Positions 1 through 8,534 of a stretch of 52,403 nucleotides of DNA are shown one piece after another. The notes under the pieces are model-generated. The model searched no databases. It was given only the letters and a program-made list of their open reading frames with translations, and was not told the origin of the DNA. The stretch is from positions 1 through 52,403 of the forward strand of contig JAAZNL010000016.1 of assembly GCA_012798315.1 (NCBI GenBank). The letters are read 5' to 3'. Both the position numbers and the translations under genes were made by a program. Position 1 is the first letter of the stretch, and each line of letters begins with the position of its first letter. The stretch is from a candidate division WWE3 bacterium. GTDB taxonomy: Bacteria > Patescibacteriota > WWE3 > UBA101185 > UBA10185.

Positions 1-3000
1 TCCAGCTTTGATAATAATTGCTACCCCTAAGATTTATCAAATTTTTAAATAATGAGTCTACTTTTTTCGAATATTCAAAACTACAAAGGATGTCCACAGC
101 CAGTATCAAATCATCACCAAGCAACAAACCTTTCGGATAAGTTACTATTTTCTGTAACCATATAAGAAACTCGTCGGAACCTTCAGTCTTATAAATCACT
201 TCAAGAACTTTACCATTGTGGTGATATGGCCACCAATGCATTTCTACAAAATTCTGATCATTCACATTTTTGGATAGGAATGCTTTTTCTTTTCTAATAC
301 AGGCCTTCCATAAGAGTAGACACTCTGTAGGTTTAGTTTCTAGATGCTCATCAATAAAATAGTAAATCCTTGAGTAAACCTCATGGTCGTAGTTTCTAAT
401 AAGGTACTTGAAATATCGTATTGAGATTGCAAAATTAGTTGCAAAACCTGCACCTGATTCTTTCGGGAGTTGCCAAAATTGCCATGCAAAATCAGCTCGT
501 ACATCTGAAGACGATGTTAGTAACAGTTTTTGAAGCAGTTTTTTAAATGGCTTGTCGTTAAATTTTTGCAAACGTAACCATTCCTTTTCGCCGTAAGCAT
601 CCTTATATCTTATATCCTTTACTGCTTCTTTCCTGAATTCCGCAAAAAAAACAAATAAGGATTTGCTTTCCTCCAGTATTTTGTCATCTTCTGTGTTTAT
701 GAAAATACTTAATACTTCCAAAGCATCTTCTGTAGAGAGTTTCCTTATGTGAGAAAAAACATGCACCAAAGCAAGCATTACTTGATGCAATTTTAAGTTT
801 TCAGGGTTTCTAAGGGTTGTGAATGCTAAAGTTTCAATTCTGTACGCTGTATCTATTGAGATAAATCGCTCGCGGGGATTTCCCGGTATAAAAGTATGCC
901 TATTCATTACAAATTGTTCGAGTGCGTTACACGCAAAAGACCGGACATAGAAGTTAGGATCATTAACTAGTGTTTCAATTAACGGCAAAGCATCTTCGAT
1001 ATATTTTCGACCATTTAAGACACAAATATGTCTAAGTAGCCAACAAACCCATACGCGAACACTGGTAATCTGATTTGTATCCTTTCCCGCGATTACTTGT
1101 TTATGAAGGTTGTGTTCACCATTAGGATCATCTGGTTCATTTTCAACAATTGGATCTGGGTCATTAATGAATAATTTAGCTATGCGAAGCGCTTCAACGT
1201 AATAGCCAGTCATCGCCAATTTTTCTCCAAATTGTACGAAAGCTTCTCTACAAGAACTTTGTGGTATACGCTCACATAAAGTAGATATTGAGGGATACTG
1301 AACTAGCCATTTATCTAACAAATCACCGTAAATTTTAGGAAGAAGTTTTCCATCGGAGCTTTCAAAATGACTAAATACGCTTGTAACTGCTCGTTGTTGG
1401 TTTTCAGTTAGGATGGAGTCCTTCCATATCTCTTGAAGCATACTCAACCCTTCGGAATAATCGATACGAATAACTTGAGTTATGGCTTTAGCTACATCCC
1501 AGATTTCAAACATACTTAATGTATTTTTGAAAAATTCGCTATTCAAAAATGTACGCAACAAAGTAATACCGCTACGCCTCGTAGCGTCATTAGATATTAA
1601 GCTAAAAACAGAATCTGTTATATTCCGATCAAGAAATCTGGATCTATTGTTGTATTCAGCATCCTGAGACCATCTAAATAATATTTCTAAAGCATCGCTA
1701 TTTCCTTTACTGGCCTCATCTGTAACAAGTTGTTCTACAAAGATATTCGCAGGTAATCCTTTATATATAGGTATTTTTAGTTGTAATACTGTAACTTCCC
1801 ATTTTAACTCACTTGGTATCTGAGAGTTTCTTAGTTCTTGAAAGATTAAATCCGTTTTATGAGGAATTCCTTGTCTCATTTCCATAAAATCCTTAAGTAT
1901 TTCCAAAGCTATATCCTTTTTAGTTTGATCAGCTAAAGCTAATACTATAACTGGAATAAAGGCTCTGTTTATATAATCTGGATTATCGCGGCAAACATTT
2001 TTTTCAAGTCTAATAATTGTTTTTTGTACAAACGCCCAAGCTTTTTCTGAGTCTGAGGCATATAATTCCTGAAATAACGAGCTAAGGACATTAGTAACAA
2101 AATGGTTATCTGAAACATGAAAGCAACCGCCAGAATTAGAGATCATTCCGCCCATGTGTTCCCAACCTACAAACTTTAGACCTTTTCCAAACCTTCCATA
2201 GTGTTTATCGTACTGGCTGTTAATTAGGTTTATAAAATCCCTTAAGGTCTTTTTAATATCAATTGAATACTCGCGCTTTACAATCTCAAAAATGTCTTTT
2301 GGGGTATCGTGCCAGTAGTTTCCTTGGTCTGACACAAGATCAAACGTCTCCACTACATATTTAAATATAGCCTTTCTAAGCTGGGTGTCATTACTGTCAA
2401 CGTAAATGTCTTTTAAACATTTGCAAATATGCTCAACTTCCCACGCATTGTGATCTCCTCTAGAATAACTGTCTGAATTATATTGATGTCTCTCGCACCG
2501 GTCATCTAATAAAAGTTTAACTAATTCAAACAGCTGCTCACTATAAGAAACATTAGATTTTAGTAGTAAACCAATAATATCGGATACTTCATTCCTAAAA
2601 AAATCCATCCTGAAGAAGTTAATATAGGGACTCTTTACAATATCTGGTAATAACTCCAAGAGATATTTTTGATTTTTAACCATTCCTATATTATTTTTAA
2701 AAACATCAAATGCTTTATGGTAGAAAGGTCCAGAAAGTGCGGCTCTCCACAAATTATTCCAACTCCTAAGGTTAATATTTTTTAGTCCTTCTAGTTTTTC
2801 AAGTACCAAATAATATATTTCAGGATTATTTGTAAGACTTGTTATGCTATTTTTGGACCACGCGATACTTTGTGGTTTTTTCAAAGCATTTAGTGCATCC
2901 TCTACGTTTTTATATATGTTCTTCTTTTCTGTTAGATAGCCTGTATCTTCGGTTAACTCCTTCACACGAGTAGTTATTTCAGACATTAGACTATTTCTTG

Positions 3001-3556
3001 TTACTATTTTGCTTTTTTCCGATCCAAAATATATCTTTTGAAGTACATAGCTATCTAAAATTTCTTCCATATTTTTTGTAGGAAGCCATACTCCGATAAT
3101 AGGTGCAAAAAATGAAATCGCGAGATTTCTGCTTATATCCACATCTGTTTCCCAAAATTTCAATCTGGAAAATAGTTTTATTTCAGCTTCACTAAATTTC
3201 TTCTTTTTTAGAACTCTAAGTATTTCCTCTCCAAAGTAGCGGTAGTTTTCTGAATCATTTTTAACTCTATCTTTTGTAGATTTACAAATAATCAACAACT
3301 CGTCTAATTCTGAAACTTTATTAGATTTTGCCAACTTACTCAAAATCTTCTTTACATCATAATAACCAATTGAATAAGCTTTGACCTCACATATAACTTT
3401 ATGCGAATCATTAAATACTAGATCAAAATCCTGAAGATTTGGTTGCTCCAAAGCAATATAATTAAAATCTGGATATCTTAAATTTTGTAAAAACAAGGAT
3501 ATTGCAGCCCACGCTTGATTATTTATTCCCTTGAAAGTACTAGTACCACCTGTCAT
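1..3556 (-). CDS. Large (>1185 aa, runs off the window) protein: N-terminal Cap4/PD-(D/E)xK-like nuclease domain plus long helical HEAT/ARM-like region; candidate defence protein
   Basis: Not in the ORF track because there is no stop inside the window. Manual translation from ATG 3556 (ATGA overlap with upstream gene): MTGGTSTFKGINNQAWAAISLFL...YIALEQPNLQDFDLVF...ICEVKAY; HEAT-like LPLIETLVNDPNFYVRSFACNAL near 990-925; frame still open at position 2 (...NLRGSNYYQSW). Confidence 0.8.
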   Translation of the reverse strand, partial: MTGGTSTFKGINNQAWAAISLFLQNLRYPDFNYIALEQPNLQDFDLVFNDSHKVICEVKAYSIGYYDVKKILSKLAKSNKVSELDELLIICKSTKDRVKNDSENYRYFGEEILRVLKKKKFSEAEIKLFSRLKFWETDVDISRNLAISFFAPIIGVWLPTKNMEEILDSYVLQKIYFGSEKSKIVTRNSLMSEITTRVKELTEDTGYLTEKKNIYKNVEDALNALKKPQSIAWSKNSITSLTNNPEIYYLVLEKLEGLKNINLRSWNNLWRAALSGPFYHKAFDVFKNNIGMVKNQKYLLELLPDIVKSPYINFFRMDFFRNEVSDIIGLLLKSNVSYSEQLFELVKLLLDDRCERHQYNSDSYSRGDHNAWEVEHICKCLKDIYVDSNDTQLRKAIFKYVVETFDLVSDQGNYWHDTPKDIFEIVKREYSIDIKKTLRDFINLINSQYDKHYGRFGKGLKFVGWEHMGGMISNSGGCFHVSDNHFVTNVLSSLFQELYASDSEKAWAFVQKTIIRLEKNVCRDNPDYINRAFIPVIVLALADQTKKDIALEILKDFMEMRQGIPHKTDLIFQELRNSQIPSELKWEVTVLQLKIPIYKGLPANIFVEQLVTDEASKGNSDALEILFRWSQDAEYNNRSRFLDRNITDSVFSLISNDATRRSGITLLRTFLNSEFFKNTLSMFEIWDVAKAITQVIRIDYSEGLSMLQEIWKDSILTENQQRAVTSVFSHFESSDGKLLPKIYGDLLDKWLVQYPSISTLCERIPQSSCREAFVQFGEKLAMTGYYVEALRIAKLFINDPDPIVENEPDDPNGEHNLHKQVIAGKDTNQITSVRVWVCWLLRHICVLNGRKYIEDALPLIETLVNDPNFYVRSFACNALEQFVMNRHTFIPGNPRERFISIDTAYRIETLAFTTLRNPENLKLHQVMLALVHVFSHIRKLSTEDALEVLSIFINTEDDKILEESKSLFVFFAEFRKEAVKDIRYKDAYGEKEWLRLQKFNDKPFKKLLQKLLLTSSSDVRADFAWQFWQLPKESGAGFATNFAISIRYFKYLIRNYDHEVYSRIYYFIDEHLETKPTECLLLWKACIRKEKAFLSKNVNDQNFVEMHWWPYHHNGKVLEVIYKTEGSDEFLIWLQKIVTYPKGLLLGDDLILAVDILCSFEYSKKVDSLFKNLINLRGSNYYQSW

Positions 3557-4449
3557 ACAGTATTACCCCCTTCTAGAAAACTTACTGTGGTATTAATAGA
3601 GCTAGACATAACAGGCAATTGACCTTTCCATTTCTGAAAAACTTCTACCATCTCAGAATTTATAGTATGAAAAATCATAGTAGGATCGCGCTTTATTAAT
3701 CTCCTTCTCGTAAAAAACTCCGTGATACAGTTGTCTAGGCATTCAGTGAGATTTTCAGCCGTACCTACCTTATGAGTCATGGTTTGAAGTAATGAATGAT
3801 ACAACAGTGATGGCGGTAATTCGTATTCAAATGCATCTACTTTAAATACATAATTCATTTCTCTCAAAATAGCAATAATTTGGTTATCCATGGGGCTACA
3901 GTTGGTCTCATCACCATTAAGAGCATCGCTATAACTATCGGATATATGAATCTGAACATTTTTGAATAATTTATATAACTTCTTGGCATCTGTTAAATCC
4001 TCAAGGTTTAACAATTTTGCAAGTTGCTCACATGAATTAACAACCGCACCTTGATAGGCGGAACTACATTCTATCGCCTGAATAAAATTCCAATAATCAG
4101 AAACTTTTCCTTTTAATTCTGGACTTAACACGATCGCACTGAGTATATTTGTTTTACCTGTACAGTATTCTTTTATGTTAAACACTGCTTCTCGAATTTC
4201 AGAAGTACCTTTGTACTTTTTATCTGTTTTAAAACCTTGACCAGTTTTTACCTCATATACGGTCTCCAATACTTCCCCATCAACTTCTTGGATAAGACGA
4301 ATATCAATAGATTTTTGTGAATTTGGCAGCGGGTAGTCAACATAAAACTCAAGTACCTTCTTACGACCCTGTAGCAGGGTAAGGTACTGTAACAAAGCGA
4401 ATTTATCTTGATAAATAAAACCAAGTCGAGTTGCTCTTATGCTTGACAT
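3553..4449 (-). CDS. Cap4/DUF4297-like PD-(D/E)xK nuclease-domain protein (~298 aa)
   Basis: ORF; motif GFIYQD...IDIRL...YEVKTG typical of Cap4-type endonuclease N-termini; ATG at 4449 preferred over TTG 4455. Confidence 0.7.
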   Translation of the reverse strand: MSSIRATRLGFIYQDKFALLQYLTLLQGRKKVLEFYVDYPLPNSQKSIDIRLIQEVDGEVLETVYEVKTGQGFKTDKKYKGTSEIREAVFNIKEYCTGKTNILSAIVLSPELKGKVSDYWNFIQAIECSSAYQGAVVNSCEQLAKLLNLEDLTDAKKLYKLFKNVQIHISDSYSDALNGDETNCSPMDNQIIAILREMNYVFKVDAFEYELPPSLLYHSLLQTMTHKVGTAENLTECLDNCITEFFTRRRLIKRDPTMIFHTINSEMVEVFQKWKGQLPVMSSSINTTVSFLEGGNTV

Positions 4450-4621
4450 ATTCAAGGTTATTATAACTCTTAATCGTTCAGTTTCCGTATTATCTTCGTG
4501 TATTTACCAAAATGGAACACTCCCTTTTTATACTGTCCCATTTGTTCCATTTTTATCCCAGAGAGTATAATTTTTGAGGTGGGGTTCTAGACCGACATGC
4601 TTCACCAGAATTTATTTTTAC

Positions 4622-4658
4622 CCTATAGTTTGGCATATTTTCGTTTTTATAGTAAAAT
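4622..4658 (+). promoter_or_regulatory. Sigma70-type promoter preceded by CCTATAGT motif
   Basis: CCTATAGT-TTGGCA(4630-35)-17 nt-TAAAAT(4653-58). Confidence 0.6.
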
Positions 4659-4733
4659 ATCCGCATCAATAACAGGACGTAGCAAACCTAAACTACAAAG
4701 CTATATAAGTCTATCATCAAAAGGAGAAAACTG

Positions 4734-5324
4734 ATGGACACTATTGCGATCAGCAGAGATGATGCTGAAAAGTATGGTTGCCCATACTGCGGCTACCAAT
4801 CCGGGTTCAATCACGTGTCGGGACGGGGCGCATCGGTTATTACCTGCGGCGAGTGTAAACAATGCTTCATTGTCCTCTCCCCAGGCGTCAACGTTTCGCC
4901 ATTTGGCATCGAATCGGGCAAAGGGCAGAAAGTTTACCCCAAGCTTTCCGAACACCCTCGCAAGGGAACACCAAAGCACGGCGCCCCGGACAAGCGGCCT
5001 GAAAAGGGAGGCGAGTTCTTTCACTCACGCGGTATCGGTCTTGATAACTGCATCTGTTTTGTGTGCGGCACCAGAGACCGGACTGGCAGGGGGCACTTCT
5101 GTCTGAACAACATCGCGGCTTTCGTCACTTGCAAAGCGGCAGGTGAAAGGGTTGTTGCAATGTTTGGACGCGGAGCACGGCTGGATTATCGCGAACGAGA
5201 ACCTGACCGCGTGCAAGTCAAAATCGGCGCCTGCGACAAACATCTTTCCAACCTGAAAAAGCTGGAAAAGCTTACCGAAAACGGCGTCATCACAGAAGAC
5301 ATGGTCCGTCAAGCAGGTGGCTAA
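4734..5324 (+). CDS. Hypothetical Cys-rich (Zn-ribbon) protein
   Basis: 196-aa ORF with AAGGAG SD; CPYC/CGEC and CFVC...CDKH motifs; GC-richer than flanks. Confidence 0.75.
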   Translation: MDTIAISRDDAEKYGCPYCGYQSGFNHVSGRGASVITCGECKQCFIVLSPGVNVSPFGIESGKGQKVYPKLSEHPRKGTPKHGAPDKRPEKGGEFFHSRGIGLDNCICFVCGTRDRTGRGHFCLNNIAAFVTCKAAGERVVAMFGRGARLDYREREPDRVQVKIGACDKHLSNLKKLEKLTENGVITEDMVRQAGG

Positions 5325-5335
5325 TCCTTCTTAAA

Positions 5336-5381
5336 AATGGCACCTCATGGTATAGAGAAATCTAAATCATTGGGTGCCATT
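5336..5381 (+). terminator. Long imperfect hairpin after orphan gene
   Basis: AATGGCACC...GGTGCCATT arms with inner imperfect pairing around a GAAA loop; no strong U-tract. Confidence 0.55.
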
Positions 5382-5454
5382 CCTCTTTAAGTATTCCTTT
5401 CGTTTCATATTTAAATTTACCTACCATTATTAAGATATAATCCATGTAAGTTCT

Positions 5455-5973
5455 ATGAATAATTTAATTTACCTATTTATCTTAATATTAGCTTTATTAG
5501 GATACATAATTTTTATTATTTTTCCCCTTTCTAGGGGTGCTCCCTATGTGCCAACCAGCCAAAAAACCATAATGTCTCTGATAGAAATACTAAACGGATA
5601 CGGAGTTGCTAGTTTTAAAAAAGCTGTAGATCTGGGCTCAGGTGATGGCAGAATAATTATTGCTTTATCTGCAATCGGATTAAGTTGTGACGGTATCGAA
5701 CAAAACAAACTGCTTTTTAAGCTTTCAAAGAGAAAACTTAAAAATTTGAAGTTACTAAATATTAGCAATGTTTTTAACACAAACTTCTTAAAATACAATT
5801 TATCAGATTATGATCTTGTTACTCTCTTTCAAATTCCCTATATTATGCCAAAACTTAAAAATAAACTGCTTAAAGAGCTTAAACCTAACTCATTAATATG
5901 CAGTTATAGTTTTAAAATACCAGGTTTAAATGAGGTGCAAGAGCATAACGGCTGGTACGTGTACAGGACATAG
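5455..5973 (+). CDS. Membrane-anchored class I SAM-dependent methyltransferase
   Basis: N-terminal TM, GAPYVPT and VDLGSGDGRI motifs. Confidence 0.85.
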   Translation: MNNLIYLFILILALLGYIIFIIFPLSRGAPYVPTSQKTIMSLIEILNGYGVASFKKAVDLGSGDGRIIIALSAIGLSCDGIEQNKLLFKLSKRKLKNLKLLNISNVFNTNFLKYNLSDYDLVTLFQIPYIMPKLKNKLLKELKPNSLICSYSFKIPGLNEVQEHNGWYVYRT

Positions 5974-6031
5974 AAAAACAGACTCGTAGTTTATTAGCTA
6001 AGGACAATAACTCATTCTAATACCTGTATAT

Positions 6032-6068
6032 CCTATAGTTTGCTAGTTTTCTGTAATTAGTGTAAAAT
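6032..6068 (+). promoter_or_regulatory. Sigma70-type promoter preceded by CCTATAGT motif
   Basis: CCTATAGT-TTGCTA(6040-45)-17 nt-TAAAAT(6063-68). Confidence 0.6.
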
Positions 6069-6146
6069 AGTTGTATCGACAACAAAAGTAGCCAAAATAC
6101 CGGTTACAAGTTATCCTAACCTATCGTGTAAAAAGGAGTATGGAAG

Positions 6147-6923
6147 ATGGATGCGCATTACTTGGAGGTTCTTGTGCTAATTGCACGAGATGTTCATGGA
6201 TTTGCTTCAAAGCTTTGTAGCGCGATGGAAACATACGCCTACGTGGCCGTTGCCTCCTTTGATCAGGCCCAAAACGTTATTTCATATGGCAACTGGGCCG
6301 GAAATGTGCCGAATGACATTGTGTCTCGGGCGCCACATGCTGCCTACGGCAAATTGGGTGAACTGGTGTTACAAAGGGCCGGCATCGATGGAAAGCTTAT
6401 TATGACCCCAACCGCGGGCAACGATTTGAGCTTTCACTGGATGGGGGCAGTTGCGCAAAATGGATTTATCATCGCCGTGAGCAAGTGGGCACAAGAGCAC
6501 GATCGTCTATTGGCACTACTGACTCTCTACAATTACGTTCATCACACGCTCAAACTGCATCATGTTGGTTACCGATTTCCAAACCGGAAAGAGTACGTGA
6601 TCGCTAACTCGCGCTTTGGTAATGGCATCCGTCTGGACGCCGTCGATCACATGCGCACGTATTTCCCAACGGAAGGCGATTACTACCGGGAACACCAATG
6701 GTTTCCCGAGGGACCTTACGATGAAGCGCGACACTGGGACTTTGTCACCGACGAGCCCGAGGACCTGCTTAACTTCCTCGCAGCTGCCTACGGTCAGTCC
6801 CCTGTGTTCTTCGACGATGCTGGCAAAAACGATCCTGTCGGCGTTGTTTGGGTTAATGCGGAAGACGGCACCAAGCTCGGTGTTATGGCCCGAAAAACCT
6901 GGTGGAAAGTAGGAGAAATTTAG
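6147..6923 (+). CDS. Hypothetical protein, possible GlcG/HbpS-like N-domain plus VOC/glyoxalase-like C-domain
   Basis: 258-aa ORF with AAGGAG SD; GAVAQNGFIIAVSKWAQEHDRLLA and LHHVGYRF motifs; domain call is tentative. Confidence 0.65.
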   Translation: MDAHYLEVLVLIARDVHGFASKLCSAMETYAYVAVASFDQAQNVISYGNWAGNVPNDIVSRAPHAAYGKLGELVLQRAGIDGKLIMTPTAGNDLSFHWMGAVAQNGFIIAVSKWAQEHDRLLALLTLYNYVHHTLKLHHVGYRFPNRKEYVIANSRFGNGIRLDAVDHMRTYFPTEGDYYREHQWFPEGPYDEARHWDFVTDEPEDLLNFLAAAYGQSPVFFDDAGKNDPVGVVWVNAEDGTKLGVMARKTWWKVGEI

Positions 6924-6943
6924 ACCAGGATTGCATTACAATT

Positions 6944-6993
6944 GAGGCGATTTTTTACAGGCTTACATAGCTGTGGAAATCGCCTCTTTTTTT
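6944..6993 (+). terminator. Intrinsic terminator
   Basis: GAGGCGATTT...AAATCGCCTC followed by T7. Confidence 0.75.
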
Positions 6994-7028
6994 GTGACGA
7001 TTTTGCGAGTTCCATTACCTCGTAGTCT

Positions 7029-7697
7029 TTATTTCAGTAAAATTGTATCTTCCCAAATAACTTTCATATCCGACTGGTTATCCGCATCCGTATGAAATGA
7101 TACGTGGATGTTATTTACAATGGTGCGCTTGTTATATAAACCGGATAGCAATTGCTTCAGCGTTTCTGTTAGTTCATTTACGTCTACATCAGGAACAGTA
7201 AAATTTCCAATTGAAATGTGCGGTTTGTAACAGTCAAAGACACGCGAATATCCGTATTTTTTTAAATACATAAGTTCCTGCTCAGTAAAATAACCGCTAT
7301 CTACACGTTCTAAATCTTTTGTACGTATACTATCGTCTCTATAGACATTTAACAGATTGGTTATTTCTTGATGTAAACGGGGTATTTCATTACTTAATAC
7401 TTCAATAAAAAATATATTGTTCCTCTCGCCATATTTAAGTTCCGAGAATTCTACAGTGTAAGGACGTAACTTTTTAATATAACTTATTATTTCAATTTTA
7501 GCCTTCTCCAAATTATTAATCGGAAAAGGTACTAACGCGTATGACAAATGCGGCGGAATATGCGAATACTTATTGCCAAATTTTTCATTCATGAACCGCT
7601 TAGCACTAATTATTATTGCATTATCAATAATTGAATCTACGGAAAAGACAGTATGCGTAAGTTTGCCATAAAAAGTTGTGCCCGCGTTTTGAATCAT
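7029..7697 (-). CDS. 2H phosphoesterase (2'-5' RNA ligase-like) family protein
   Basis: Two HxS motifs (PPHLSY, KPHISI). Confidence 0.75.
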   Translation of the reverse strand: MIQNAGTTFYGKLTHTVFSVDSIIDNAIIISAKRFMNEKFGNKYSHIPPHLSYALVPFPINNLEKAKIEIISYIKKLRPYTVEFSELKYGERNNIFFIEVLSNEIPRLHQEITNLLNVYRDDSIRTKDLERVDSGYFTEQELMYLKKYGYSRVFDCYKPHISIGNFTVPDVDVNELTETLKQLLSGLYNKRTIVNNIHVSFHTDADNQSDMKVIWEDTILLK

Positions 7698-7705
7698 AAA
7701 CCCAA

Positions 7706-8023
7706 TTACGAAAACGTTACGGAATGCGAAAGACTATTAATTAATCTGGTTTTTTCTTCAGGACTTAAATTTGGATTTAAAAGTCTATTCATTGTTTTGG
7801 CCGCCGTTATAATATGCTCACCGCGTGTATTCATGATCTGACTCAACGATATTCCTTCATACGTAAAATCAACAAAATTTTTGGTATTAAGCCAAATGTC
7901 TATAACAGAACCCAAGTCATCGTAAAGCTCCGGGTAATCTTCTAGTAATAAATTTATATCCTGTTCTTGATAACCTTCACTAATCAATATATTTTTTGCT
8001 TTTGTTTTATCTATTAAATACAT
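7706..8023 (-). CDS. Hypothetical protein
   Basis: 105-aa ORF co-directional with and 8 nt upstream of the 2H gene. Confidence 0.65.
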   Translation of the reverse strand: MYLIDKTKAKNILISEGYQEQDINLLLEDYPELYDDLGSVIDIWLNTKNFVDFTYEGISLSQIMNTRGEHIITAAKTMNRLLNPNLSPEEKTRLINSLSHSVTFS

Positions 8024-8132
8024 AATGTGATGATGGAAGATTCAAACACATAAGTCAATGAATAATACAAAAATATTGTGCGGTAAGAAACATATCATAT
8101 AATTACTTAACCCTAAAAACCGGAGAGAGATC

Positions 8133-8456
8133 ATGAGATATGATGACTGGCAGTGCGAGGTTTTGGAGGATATTGCTCTGGAAGTTAACAGTTATAATCC
8201 ACTGGTCAGAGAAAACGTCCGATACTCCGAGTTTGTGAGCAAATCACAAGGACGAGGACGTAAACGGCGCAGAGAACGTGAGATTAGACTGGTAACCTGG
8301 AGAGGAAAAACATGGTCAATTGGAAATCGTCTTACACAAGGACTTGAGTTTTTGATGCAGGATATATTTCCCGAGGAAATGGCTATGAATTCCGAACTGG
8401 ATTGGCTTGCCGCTTTTTTGGAAGCCCTCCGAAACCTTCCAAAAAACCGCAAATGA
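8133..8456 (+). CDS. Hypothetical protein
   Basis: 107-aa ORF with GGAG SD, upstream TATAAT and downstream hairpin. Confidence 0.6.
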   Translation: MRYDDWQCEVLEDIALEVNSYNPLVRENVRYSEFVSKSQGRGRKRRREREIRLVTWRGKTWSIGNRLTQGLEFLMQDIFPEEMAMNSELDWLAAFLEALRNLPKNRK

Positions 8457-8500
8457 TACCCGGTTATTGTCTTTAAAGATGGTATCCGGGTATTTGTTTT
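8456..8500 (+). terminator. Probable intrinsic terminator
   Basis: ATACCCGG...CCGGGTAT then T-rich tract. Confidence 0.6.
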
Positions 8501-8534
8501 CTTTTTCGCCTATTTGAGGGTATAATTCCCTGTC

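Noticed and set aside
1482-1667. 61-aa plus-strand ORF
   Set aside because: Antisense shadow of the large minus-strand gene.
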